This document shows, in pieces, positions 26,700 through 42,959 of a stretch of DNA of 64,000 bases. The stretch lies in assembly GCF_009914755.1 (NCBI RefSeq), contig NC_060929.1. The stretch is one strand, 5' to 3'. A program made the translations under genes and the position numbers. Within the stretch, counting starts at the first letter, position 1. Each line of letters opens with the position of its first letter. The notes beneath the pieces were generated by a model. It made no database searches. It saw nothing but the letters and a program-made list of their open reading frames with translations, and had not been told where the DNA came from. This DNA is from the human T2T-CHM13v2.0 reference genome, Homo sapiens.

Positions 26700-29335
26700 C
26701 TGATTATTCAGCACTTATTAAAAAGGAAAATGCCAGGATACAGATATTATTACAGAAATTTGTTTAAGAACTTGCATTAAATTTTTTAAAAGTTAGTACA
26801 TTTGGCAAATAAACATGAAAAGGGCCAGGCGTGGTGGCTCACACCTGTAACCCCAGCACTTTGGGAGGCTGAGGTGGGCAGATCACTTGAGATTGGGAGT
26901 TCGAGACCAGCCTGGCTAACATGGCGAAAACCTGTCTCTACTACAAATACAAAAAATAGCCGGGTGTGGTGGTGCACACCTGTAATCCCAGCTACTCAGG
27001 AGGCTGAGGCAGGAGAATCACTTGAACCCAGGAGGTGGAGGTTGGAGCGAGCAGAGATCACATGACTGCACTCCAGGCTTGGTGACAGTGAGACTCCGTC
27101 TCAAAAAAAAAAAAAAATATGTGAAAAGATGGTTAACCCTAAGTTGTCATTAGGTTATTGCTAATTAAGATAGACCTAAAAAGTATACTAGTAGGTATGT
27201 AGTACAGCTACTTTAAAATACACTTTCACAATTTCTTACAAAGCTAAACATAAGCTTACCTTACAACACAGGTGTCATAAACCTAGGCATTTCCCCAACT
27301 GATTTGAAAACTTATGTCCATATAAAAACTTGTATATAGTTGTTTATAGCAGATTTATTCATAATCACCATAATATGAAAAGAACCTAAATGGCTTTCAA
27401 TAAGTGAAATAATTTTTTAAAAACTGTGGTACAACTATATAATAGAATATTATTTAGTAATAAAAAGAAATTACTAGGCCATGAAAAGACATAAAAGAAC
27501 CTTAAACATGTATTGGTAATTGAAAGTAACTGGTCAAAAGTCTACATATTATATAATTGCAGTTATATAACATCTTGGGGAAGGAAAACCTATAGAGTCA
27601 GTAAAATATTCAGTGGTTATGAGGTACCCAAAGAGAGAGGGACAGAGTTAAATAGGTGAAGCACAGAGGATTTTTTTAGGGGATGAATTTATTCTGTATG
27701 GTACCACAGGACAAATAACACCATCCATTTGTCAAACTCATAGAACTTTAAAGCACAAAGAGTGACCCTTAACATATGACAACTTTAAAATAATATGTAG
27801 GAGGCCGAGAGATCCCAGAATGGGATTTATACTGTGTTAAAATATTTTAATTATATTAAAATGTTTAAAACAACCTTACTGAAGAGGGTGGAGAGGAAAG
27901 GTCCTGTACTAACTAACCTTGGAAATGACTGAAGTCTGTAGGACTAAAGGTAAAGGAAAATGTACATACATACTGAACTCTAGTTGGTAAAATTGTTTCC
28001 CAAGGAGGTATAGGATAACCATTCTGTTACTACATCACATGTATACTGGAATTACAAAATTAAGTTTATGGTGAATGACAGGAGCCAAGTTTGTTTTTCA
28101 CTTTTGAAGTGTGAGTTCACAGGTAAGCAAAAGGAGAAAGCTAGAATGATCTATGTAGTAATGGATTAGAATTGAAGATATCAGTATGAGTTCCTGTTTA
28201 ACTTGATATATATGCAGATGATTACATATGGAAATATTTATATGTGTATTTATGCATATATTATAATAAACACATATATGTCCTTGCTCTGTCACAACCT
28301 AAGACATAAAAGCAACAGACCTAAAAGCAACAACACCCCAGTAGCAATAAGCACACCTAGCACTCAGATTTTAATTTCTAATACCGTTCTCTAATTAAAA
28401 GAACTAGTTGATTCAAAACTGGGACAAGAAATATAAAAGATGAGCCTGGTGTATATTGTAGTGCTAGAAAGTTAAGAGGTACTCAAAAAAAAAATACAAA
28501 AAAAAACAAACAAAAAAACCCTCACAATAGCCAAATCTGGAATGATTTGAACAACAACAACAAAAAAGTAAGGAAATAAAGTACTTGGATTATAACACAA
28601 AACATACAATAAATATTCATGATTCCATACAGATATAAATAAATGAACAAGTAAAAAAGAATGGAGGAGGGGGAAAGAGTCACATCTCCTGCATGAAGAA
28701 TTTCAAGTAATGTATATAGATACTCTGCTCTTAAGAAAAACTCCTCACTCCGTGAGTACAGCCTCCTCATAATGACTCTTTCAAAGACTACAGTACTATG
28801 AATAAAAGGTGAAAACAATAACTTTATAGTTGAGAGACCTCACAAACACTACCTCAGCCAAGTGATGGAGTCAACTTCAACAGTGTTAAGTCATGTTGAT
28901 TGATAGTGTGTGTCCCTCATATGACGTGATGACAATTGCACTTGACATCTGTGATCTTTCTCCCAAATGTATAACCTCAACCAAATCATGAAAGAAAACA
29001 AATCTCAACAGAGGAACATTCTATAAAATGCCTGATTAATACTCCTCAAAACTGTCAACATCATAAAAAATATGGAAAATCTAAGAAAATGTCATGGCCA
29101 GGAGGGAAGTAAAGAGACATGACAACTAAATTTAATGTGATAATTGAATAGGATTCTAGAAGACAAAAATGATATTAAATAAAAACTAAATAAAACTGAA
29201 TAAAGTGTAAACTTTAGTTAATGTCAATATTGGTTCATTAAAAGTCCTTACAGAAACTGTATACTATCCTCCTAACTTTTCTATAAACAAAAACATAGAA
29301 AAATTAAAAAGTAAAGTTTATTTTTAAAAAGTCAA
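26700..29335 (+). mobile_element. L1MC/L1MD 3' region interrupted by an Alu
   Basis: aactaaccttggaaatga...ggactaaaggtaaagg; aataactttatagttgagagacc...cagccaagtgat long 3' UTR motifs. Confidence 0.75.
26823..27117 (+). mobile_element. AluS
   Basis: Dimeric Alu with poly(A); degenerate TSD tgaaaag. Confidence 0.95.
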
Positions 29336-29383
29336 ACATATTAAAGTATATCCAAATTTTTGATTCCTCTGTGAAGTTTATAA

Positions 29384-29743
<360 letters not shown>

Positions 29744-31546
29744 CCTCCCATTATATTGAACAAATCTATAGATTACTGTAAGCACTATCATTTTACCATC
29801 ATTATGATTTTGTACTAGAACTACTTATTCAAAAGGTAATTAAATGATTGGTAACTTGCCTTTCATTCTTTTCATGTATATTCGTAAGTTCTCCTACATG
29901 TAGTAGGTGCTTATAAGTCAATTGATTAATAAAATAATAGTAACAGAGACTTTTGACCAAGAAGAGAAGTCACTTATTAAGTAATACAATTTGCCACTAG
30001 GTGTACATTTTGTATCTAGCTAACATCTTTGAAAATTAACTGGTATATAAATATAAGTATAGATAAAAATCATTCTGCAGGATAGACTATGTGAAGTACC
30101 ATTTGTGTGTATAACATTGTATACTACTCACTGAAAGACAGGTTATTATCTAATTTTAAAAATGTATTTGAGTTACTATAGAGCATTTCTCTTTCTTCAA
30201 GTGCTATAACACAAATGCTGTATTTTCTTATACAGTCTCTATAGAAACTGTATGTTATTGAACAGTAAATTTGAAAACTCATAAAGCCTTTTGGAAACAC
30301 AAAGATTAGAAATTGTGTTTGGTTTGTTAGGTATGTCAAATCAAATACATTCCTGAAAAAGAATTGAATGACTCTAATCAAGTAAGTGATTTTCTTATGC
30401 TGCTATTTTTTGTTTTTTGGTACACTTTCTTACCCAGTGTAAGTAAGGATACTGTGAGGAATGGTTAAGGGATGAAGAAAACAATCTTATATGAATAAAC
30501 TCTAAGGGCTTACAAATACACACACACGTATGTATATGTACATACGTATACATAGGTACATGTATATATGTTTTTACTACCTCTAATTACATATCAAAAT
30601 CATAATAATTGCACAAAAGTTTGCTGCAAAGTACACCTATGAAGTTGAAAGGAAAAGCTCCATAAATAACTCTAGCTCATATTGAACCATTGTGCAACAT
30701 ATATTGCTAATATTGAAATCACTTCTATTGTAGTGATTTTCTGTCCCTTTATTTTTGTCTTTCTGGAAACTAACAATGCATATATAAAATGTCAAGATAT
30801 GTGAATTTAATTTGTACAGCTGACATATATGAGATTACAATAATGTTGCAGCAATCTATTTTCCACAGAATTTCCTGTTCCTTAGAAGTAAATAGCTCTC
30901 TTTTAAATACCAATTTCTAATTCAAAAGACAAAGATTAGGCCTATAATGCCTTAGTGAAAGGCAGGTAACATAACACAATTACCTGGTGAAATCAAGGTC
31001 TGCTTTTGTTCCTTAGTTAGAGAAAAGGGCACTTTAATGCCTCTAAGGCAGGTTCTCCCAATACCACTGAGGAATACTAAAATGTAACATAAAAAAAAAA
31101 ACCTTAAATTGATACCAATATTTTGATAAGAATGAAAACCTAAGAATAGTTTATTAAAGGTGAGAAATCAAAATGGGCATACAAGCAAATATAGATTCAC
31201 TTATTAAATGTTCATTAGTCAGAAAATGGTCATTAGTCACCCTACCGATTAGCTCACTGGACCTCAGAGTACTGTACTACTAGGGCAGACCTGGAATTTA
31301 GAGTCAATTTTCACTATAATTAATTGGAAGGTAGAAATTTCTCATTTGCATCTTTGTACCCCAGCATGAAACACAACATCTTATATCTACTATCTGTTAA
31401 ATAAATATGTGTAAACATATGTGAAAATGAATAATAACGAGATTTTGGAAACACAAGTTAAACCCTTCAAACTTTAGTTTTCTTGAATGGCATACTTGCA
31501 GGGGGAAAAATAGCCTGCATTTCTTTGGCCCTTAACGTCTCAGCAT

Positions 31547-32140
31547 TGATGGAATTCAGGAAACACCACCCCCCAAAATATAGCACCTTCTCATACTGAG
31601 TATTTTAAGCTTTAGAGAATTAAGAAAACCACAGAAGCAAGACTTTTTCTCAGATCTTTTTCTGTCTTCCTTTCTCCTGCCCCCTTTTCTTCCCTGAAGC
31701 AAGTCATAGAGACTAGATCCTCCTGAACCCCAGAAAGCCATAAAACCTAAGAAAGTCACTCTCTGAGCTCTTCCTGTTCCTTGAAGACCCTCATGTGACA
31801 GATGTCCTGCCTCAAAGCTGGGATAAGGAATATCATACAGAGCAACAGAAAAAAGTCTGAACAAAAACGTCTTGCTTAGTTCCTGCCAATGTATTATCAT
31901 TAGATCATACCCCTTTTGTCCAGTCATCTTTCCTCACAAGGATCCACTTCTTTCACCAAACAACATAAAAATGCAAAGTTTTCCCATGGTCTTTGGGCCT
32001 TCATTTCTAAAGGCTCCCATGTTACATACAATGTTTACAAAATAGATTTGTTATGTTTTTCTCTTGTTAACCTGTCTTTTGATAAAAGAGTGTCAGCCAT
32101 GAATTTTTTAATGAATGAGAAAAAGATGCTACTAACTCTC
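31547..32140 (+). mobile_element. MER34-like ERV1 LTR
   Basis: tgatggaattcaggaaacaccacccccaaaatatagcacc... and ttgttatgtttttctcttgttaacctgtctttt. Confidence 0.7.
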
Positions 32141-32250
32141 TGCTAGAGCATATTGGCTGTCAGTAAATAATATGACATACTTATGGTAAATTGTTTTCAG
32201 TTTTTTAGTCTCTGTTATGATTAAAATAGAATCGAGTTATTTTCTGTTCC

Positions 32251-32687
32251 TGTTGTTAACAAAAGACCAGTGAGATTTGCAGAGGAAAAAAGTTTATTTT
32301 CTAAAAGCAATCTGCAGATTGAGGAGATGCAGCCTTCAGTGTCAAATGAAAGTGAGCTCTGAGGAGGGGTGAGGGCGTGGGTGCAGGGCCCAGATTGGAT
32401 GACCTTTAAGCAAAACATCACAGGTCTCTATTTATTGGCTGACCTCAGGTGGTTTGTTGGTGTCAGTTAGAGAATTTCCAGCTGCAATGTATTTCAACAC
32501 CAACAGGAACTGGTTTGGCTTGATTGTAGAAACGGAGATCCTTTCGTACTTTTACAACGTCTTTTCAAGAACATAGAGTATGTGACTGCTCATTCACACG
32601 GCTACAACCGCCTGGTTCTGTTTTAACCTTGAGTGCCTCAGTTAGTCACAGAGGGTGCATTTTGCCTACAGGCTAGGGGCACACTTC
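32251..32687 (-). mobile_element. ERV1-like solo LTR
   Basis: TG...CA-bounded segment with reverse AATAAA (tttatt) near its left end. Confidence 0.5.
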
Positions 32688-32854
32688 AATACTGGACAAT
32701 GCATAAATGCTGAACTTTTATCTCAGTAGAAGAAAAAAGTAATCAGCCAAGTTTGTGAATTCTTCCTAACATAATAATTATTATAATGTCAGGCAAAATA
32801 TGGCCCATGGGTTAAAAATTTTAGAATGATGTGGGGCCTTTTGAAAAAATTAGT

Positions 32855-32965
32855 TCTATGATCCAGTGTCAAACATACTAATTCAGAATCTCTGGAGACC
32901 TAGGAAGCTGTGTTTTTAAGAGACCCCAGGGGATCATTACGTACATTCAACTTTGGGAAGCACTG
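32855..32965. mobile_element. MER5A (hAT-Charlie MITE) fragment
   Basis: aattcagaatctctgg...tgtttttaagagaccccagggga...actttgggaagcactg. Confidence 0.7.
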
Positions 32966-33657
32966 ACCTACCAGATGGACATTAAACCAAAAACATGGGT
33001 TTATTTTTTCACTTCCTGCCTCTCATTCATTTTCCTGAATAGTATATTTATTAGCAGCTAATTAGTTTGCAGATGTGCCATTGAAAGTAAACAATTAAAA
33101 ATCACCACCAAATGCCTGTGTTATTAAAGGTAAATACATAATTTGTTGTCATGGGTCAGATAATCTTAACATATATTGACACTAAAAAACTCGTGACCAT
33201 AAAAAATTTCACTTCTGCATCCTGAGAAGCATCTCTGATAACACTTGAGTGAAGTAGTGTTTTCTGAGGTTCTCATTTATTTTTATTGTGCGTTAGAAGC
33301 TTTCTAAATGGTTTCATTAACTTAGTAAGAATGAACACACATAATAATAATAAAATAAAAACTAGAAAAATAAATATGCCTCTTATTGAATACTCACTGT
33401 ATGCGAGGAACTCTTCTCAGGGCCCCATCTGTATTAAATCACAGTTGTAAGTTTTAAATAAATTATAATACAGTCATGTTTATTAAAAAATACTTGCTGA
33501 AATTTCTAGAATAGATTGATCGGAAATTTTTCAAAAGAAATCTCAGTGTCTGTAAAACATTTCTGCAAGTCCCTTTTGGAGCAAAGAAATTATCTTGTCA
33601 TTATGCTTAGAATGGGGTATATCATACTGCCCTTTTGCAAATTGATAATAGACATTA

Positions 33658-35976
<2,319 letters not shown>

Positions 35977-36308
35977 TATAATATTGAAGGTTCTGAGAAG
36001 TTCTACAATAAGAATACCAGTTTAATTTGCTTCATTTTTATCAACAATACTTACAATATATTTTGAAAAACTATTATGAAGTGAAATATTTATATTTTTA
36101 ATGTAAAATAAAATATTTGGATTCAAATATTACCTGCTTCTTAAGCAGAAGAGACAGCATATATGTACATGTTTTGAAAATTGTGCTAATATTTGAAGCA
36201 TTATAACTAGATATTCTAGTTTTAATGTAAATTTCTTGTCAAACTTACTGAAACTACAGAAATTGAATTATTCTCTATATCAGATTGATAGATTCTAGGA
36301 GAAGTTTT

Positions 36309-36394
36309 TGTTTTTGTTTTTCTTTTTTTGGAGACGGAATCTCACTCTGTCACCCAGGCTGGAGTGCAGTGGCGCAATCTCAGCTCACTGCAAC
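36309..36394 (-). mobile_element. Severely 5'-truncated Alu
   Basis: About 65 bp of Alu 3' end plus tail; TSD agaagtttt at 36300-36308 and 36395-36403. Confidence 0.9.
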
Positions 36395-38456
36395 AGAAGT
36401 TTTCTTAAGTCCAAGTTAACTTCCAATCATACAAGTACAGAGTGTGTGTGGGTTTGTGTATGAGTGTGTATGTGTTTGCTGAATACACGTTGACATTAAT
36501 ATTGTCTCAATTATTTTTGTGTTTGAGATAAAGACAATTTAAAATATAATAAAAAAGTTTGAAAAAGCACAACATCACAATATTTAGGCAGCCTCTAAGT
36601 GGCATAATTAGTATTCTTTAAGAATAATATATTATTTAGTTATTCCCTCATTTCTATAGTTCCTTGTCTTTTTCTGACATCACAAACACACCATTATCTA
36701 TCCTTTTCAATGAGGGAAGGGTAAAGTGACTTATCAAAATGTCTCTTTATGATGTTTACCATTATCAGTCAATGGGCTTTCTTCCTATTTCCTTTGAATG
36801 AGATATAAAATCTTTTTCATGAAGAGACACATCATTTTGCTTTAGGCCGAAAATGATTTGTCTCTTATTTAACCTATGATATGTGAAAATTTTATTTTGT
36901 ATTTTATGTGTTTTGTGTACATTTTTGTTCCACTTTACAATTTTATCTTTTCACCCTCTCTTTGGTGAAAATACTTTTCGGAATACAAAAGAATAAATAT
37001 AATGTAATGATCAGAAGGTAAAAGTTATGCACTGAAGGTTTTGCTTTTGTAATAGAAAAATGATAATGTTAGAACTTTCATGGCAAAATAATTTTAAAAC
37101 ATCCCGAGAGCTATGAATTTTGAAAAAAGATTGGATGGAGAGACTATTGAGACAAAAGAACAGAACATATTAGGTAAAAGCTGTAAGTTCAATTTACTAA
37201 ACTTTCAGATGAGCATAATGCCGCTATTTCATTGTGTGGTAAATTTGGTTTAAAATAAATGGAGATTGTTCTACCTTCAGTTTTGGAAAACAAAAATAAT
37301 CAGTACTTTAAAAGTTGATATATCTAAATTCTATTTTAGCTCTTTTAAGACCATGTTAGGATCATTAACAACTGTAATAGATTTTTTTCTAAGACCTGAA
37401 AAAATTCTTTTTCCATACTGTATTACAAATTGCACAGTGTTTTCCTGCTGTTTCAGAGTTAAATAATGTTCTTCTGTTGAATGCCATAATTTTATTTAAG
37501 AGGCTCCATCAATCACCTCCATTGATTATCATGAATTTGGCTGATCATGACAATCCTGTTGGTAATATTTGCTGATAATGCTTTAAAGTCTCCCCCATTA
37601 ATATATAACTTAATTGAAAAGAGACAAGTGTAGTCAGAATGTCTGCAGTTTTCCTTGTATCATACAAAAGAATTGATTAACCAGGTTCAATCTGAATGTG
37701 GAAAAATAGTTAATCTCTCTAAAATAATATAACTGTCTTTGTTAAACTAGGTCAGAAAATAAAAGTATGTGACAGACAGGTAGCTTTGGTTTCCAAGGAC
37801 TTCATATTTATAATAGTTTGTAAAAGTTTATATATACATATATTTTGTGTCTTTTAATTTTTATTTTAGGACCCATTTCAAACTCTATTTTAATATTTCA
37901 TGAAAGAAATATTCAATACCAAAAGGTTGACAATTCAATAAATCAGTGACTGATTTTTTCTAGGTATGTATACCGCAGTGTTTGGGTAAAAAAGATAGGT
38001 GAAATGTCATGATATTTTTAACCTACTTTAAGCTGTCTAATTAAAAAATAGATAAAGCAAATGCAACAAAAGTTAGTCATTATAGAATTATATGTAGGAT
38101 TATCATACTATTCTATCTACTTTATGATTAATGTGCGATAACAAAAATTTGAAACCAATACACAAAGACAAACATAAAATAACAAAAAGAAAATGGAGTA
38201 AGCCTTTCTTTCTTTTTTATGTTCTTTGTGTAAGGAAACCCTTACACAAAACTGGCAAGACAAAAATCTATGAAGTCTTAAAGGAGATGAGCTAATTAAT
38301 TTGATGACATAAAGTGATAAAAATTCTAACATTACCTGAAAAATCAATACTAAAATCAGAGTCAAAGGACAAACAATAAGTTGAAAAATTTGACATGCAG
38401 GAACATAAGAGGATGATGAATTTATTTTACAGAAAACTCACTTGCTAGTCAATAAG

Positions 38457-38819
38457 TAATATGGTTTGTCTGTGTCCCCACTCAAATGTCATCTTGAATT
38501 ATAGCTCCCATAATTCCTTTGTGCTGTGGAAGGGACCCAGAAGGAGGTAATTGAATTATGGGGATGGTTTCCCCATACCAATATCATGCTAGTGAGTAGG
38601 TCTCACGAGATCTGACAGTTTTATAAGGGAAAACCCACTTCACTTGGCTTTCATTCTCTTCCCTTGTCTGCCGCCATGTGAGACGTGCCTTTCACTTTCC
38701 ACCATGATTGTGAGGCCTCCTCAGCCATGTGGAACTGTGAGTTCATTAAACCTCTTTCTTTTGTAAATTGCCCATTCTCAAGTATGTTTTTATCAGCAGT
38801 GTGAAAATGAAGTAGTACG
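38457..38819 (+). mobile_element. THE1 (THE1C-like) solo LTR
   Basis: atatggtttgtctgtgtcccc...cattaaacctcttt...; 5-bp TSD ataag. Confidence 0.92.
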
Positions 38820-41800
38820 ATAAGAAAAATATATAAAAATTTGTCACATTGCACATATTTAAAATATTAATAGGTAATGCCAAATTATTAACTCTTGCAA
38901 TAATTTATAAGAGTTGCTGGATCCCCACCCTCTTGCTAAATGCTATTAAACAATTGAGTATACATTATCTAATTTGATAGATAAAATGTTAATTTCCTTT
39001 ATTTTGCATCTGATTATTACTTAGATGGATATGTTTTCATGTGTTAAAAGCTATGTTTTCCTTTTTCTAATAATTACTTGCCTATTTCTGAAATTATGTG
39101 AAGAGAGACACTCCCTTACTTACATACACATACAAAGATACACACACACAGACACACACATGTGGGAATGTGGTCAATGGACATGGAAATATGAAATGTA
39201 TGTTCCCATGAGATTCACATTTCACTGTATTTCCTTTTGTACTATTTTAATTTTTAGCATGTATCTGTTTCAATTCATAATAACATAAATCTTTCTAAAT
39301 ATACAAAAGTACATAAAACTGTATGTCCCTACAGTACTCTTAGTTTAACAAGGTAAGACATTATTAAAAAATAACATCAAATATGTCTTTGTTCACAATC
39401 AACTTGTTTCTGGATTAATTTTGTTGTACATAAATGATTTGATATTTTATCACAAGTTAGTTGATATTCTATCACACTGTCACAAATGGCACAACGAGCT
39501 CCAACCCCATCTTTGCCAGGCATGAAAAAGAAACTAAGCACATCACAGATGTTCAAATTGTATGGTCTTAACTTCATTTTGGGTTTAGGTATAAGTTCAT
39601 TTTCTGAGATCACTTTTTATCAAATTACTATCATTGGTGGAATCCAGGTATTCTTTTGCCACATCAAGATCTCCAGTGTAAAAAATCAGCTTAGGAAAAC
39701 ATTACTGCATAGGTATTCTCTTTTCAGTTGCAACAGAAAATACTTTATTTTCAAAATCTTCTATTTATTATTTTTAAGTTAACAAAATTGGTGAAAATTT
39801 TAATACATGTTTGTTTTGTTTTGTTTTGTTTTTTTGTTGTTTTTAGCAGAAAGTTTTCATGCTATCTCTGTTGCTTTTGTGGATTGACAGAGGTGGAACT
39901 TTGATAGCTTTATGTTGTGTTTTCATGGTCAGTCACTGAATATATCCGTCGTCTCCAACATTGTCGTAGAGAATATCGCTGAGTAAATGTTAGGGTACTA
40001 GAGTCAGCAAGTCTGTGCTTGAATTTATAGTAATGTTTGGGTCAATCTAGGGTTCCACAGTGGAGAATGGCACACAATTACCTCTCACTGAGCCATGCAT
40101 ATGGCCTGCCCACCTCAGTGAGCACTAAAGACAGGAGCTCTAGACCCTTGACTTTTTCCTGATGTGCTGCAATTATTAACAGCACAAGTAGCAATACGAG
40201 CACAGCAGCTGCAAGAGCAGTTTAAGCCATTTTTTCTTCCCAAATGTAAGCCAATTATAAAATCAGTCAAAAAGGCACTGATACAAGGTAAGCAGATTTT
40301 ATATTCATTTTAGCAACTTGCTCTAAATTAAACACAGCTGTAATGTTTTTAACTATCAAGAGTTCAGAAGCAAGAAGTTAGATAATTTTTTAAATTCCAG
40401 GTGGAAAATAGTTTACTAAAATAGTGATTATTGTATTATTCTCAAGTTACTGTGTGCAATCTAAATGGTTATGAGGCCTATTCTGTGTATTCTGAGGTCA
40501 TTTATTATTATAATACGAGAGAGAGGAGAATCCAAAAACATTCAGAGATCAAAATGAATGTTTCGGCTTATTTTTGGATTTTAAGAATTTTTTTTTACAC
40601 CAAACAAAAGTGGTAAAAGTAGCTTGTATGTCTCCGAAAATGTCTCAGTGCCCTTCACTTTTGAGAGAACTTGTAAAATTATCCGCAGATGCTTTCCTTC
40701 CAAATGCCCAAATTGGTGAAGTAGACCTAGATTTTTCTTTCCGACCCTTAGCCATGTCCCAGTCTTCCAAGGGTTACTTAAAAATAGCAGCCTGCAGCTT
40801 TACAGTGTGTTTGGTCTAATTTTGCAAGCTCTGGAGCCTCAGTCATCTGCAGAGCAGGTGTTTCTTTGAATCATCTTTCACCATGTCTTTCCCTACTGTG
40901 GTCTGGTTCATCGAACTTTCAGTCTGTACTTTGCCTCCCTCCGCTCTGATTTCCCAGTTCACTGAATATGTCCATTCTTAATAAGTGGAATGACTCATCT
41001 AATGTTTGAGCCACAATTTAGCTGTGGACAGGTATATTTCTGGGAGAAAAAGAAGAATAAATTAAATGATAGAATACCTTAAGGAGTCTCTCCTGCTTTT
41101 TGATGTTGTTATGTAACTTTCTCATTACTTTTAAATAGCAGCACATCATTTCACTGCCAGCATAGTGAAATGGAATGCAATATAAAAATATAGATTCTCT
41201 ATTTTACACATGCTTAATTATTACATAGTATCACTGGAAAGCAATTGCAAATGTGTAATCATAGAAATAATTTCAGTTTTTCTACACAAGGGGATGTTAA
41301 AAGGCCAGGGAAATGGAGTAAATTATTCTCAATTAAGAATTTAAGGGCAAAGAAAAAGAATATTGACAAATGGCTACAGTGTAACCAAAATAACACAACA
41401 ATTGATCTTTTTTTAATTTTCAAAATAAATAGTCTATACTTGCCATTTTTAATCAGCTTTTCTTATGTATTTTTTGGATGCTACTCCCTACTGAAGTTAT
41501 CAGGCACAGCAAAAACTCAATGGTAAATAATAAATACCCTGGTGTCCAGACAGAAATCTCCCACTAAATAAATAAATAAAGACATTCACTGAGGGGAATG
41601 TTTCTGATCAGAGTTCTTCCAAAAGTCACTGTTGTATGCTTTTATTTCTTCATTCTTACCTTCTCATGCCCTTTTCTTAAGGAATAAAAGTCAGCCTACA
41701 ATGCTGGGAGGTGAAAGGGAAAATGCAGCCACTGTCCCTCTGATCCAGTTATTCTATATGTGCTTCTGTGTTTCAGTCAGGCTGGAAACTGAGAGAGAAA

Positions 41801-42959
41801 TGAGCTTACTGAATTTTTAATAATGCATTTGTTTAAGTTCAGTTTACTATTAAGACCTTTTTCTGTACATTCCTAAATGCTGCCATTATTAGCAGAAACA
41901 ATTTTTCTTTTCATGTCCGTATTTTTCATTACAAGGGAAAACCCACTGTTGAATTTCCCAGTATTATCTGTTTCCCACTGCACACCTTTGGGAAATTAAA
42001 GCTTCATTTTCAACACATGAGTAATACGTGAGAGCTCATTTTTAAAGCAAAATTAAATATTGCCCTCCAGAATTCCATCATATTCCATTTTTTCCTGATT
42101 CATGTTTATACACATTCATACTCAAAGGAGCACTACATCTAAAAATCAATAAATAAGTGCACCATGTGTGCCTGTAAACACAGAGACCGATGGTTGTATG
42201 CATGATATGAACTCAGGAATTATGGCTTAGCTCCTGCAGAGGCATAAGAAAATCATATAAACTTTCAAGGCTGGAGTTGATCATCCATTTAGAGGAGCAA
42301 CAATTCCATGTCTAGTGTATGGTTCATTGAGATAAGGGCCATGCAGCCTGGAGCGAAACATACTTTTCTGCCTAATCCTCCAACTACCTCTGTGGAAAGT
42401 TAGAGAGGCTGACAAATTCTCTAGGTTTTTTTCTCCCAAATTAGATTTGAATGAAAAGTGTATGATACTATTTTTCTAAACTCCAAGAGAAAAACTCTTG
42501 ATAAGATTACAAAATAGAATCAGAAAATCACAAGTAATTTGATATTTCAGTTTTGATACCCATGTCTAATAGCAACATGGGCCATGGATCTACTCTATGA
42601 TTATGCAGCTTTGCTTGATAAATATTTTTAAAATGACCGTACAACACACCAAGAAAGTCTCCAAGTTTATTTTACATCTAGGGGCCAAAATTATATAGGA
42701 AAGAAAAATGATATTTCCCTGCATACACAAAAACATGTAGAACTTGTGACTTTTAAAAATGAAAATTGAGAGTTATGTTTATGTTTTATCCTCATGTGTT
42801 TCTAATCCTTTTTACATGGCGTGGTTTTCACTGTTTGCAGTTTTAACTTCTTTGCCTTCTAGCAAAATTTTCATATGGAGCTCCACTTTTCTGAAAGTTA
42901 AATATTCCTTCAATTTTTAAAGCCCAGATGCTATAACAATTGTACAATGTTTGTTTCTA

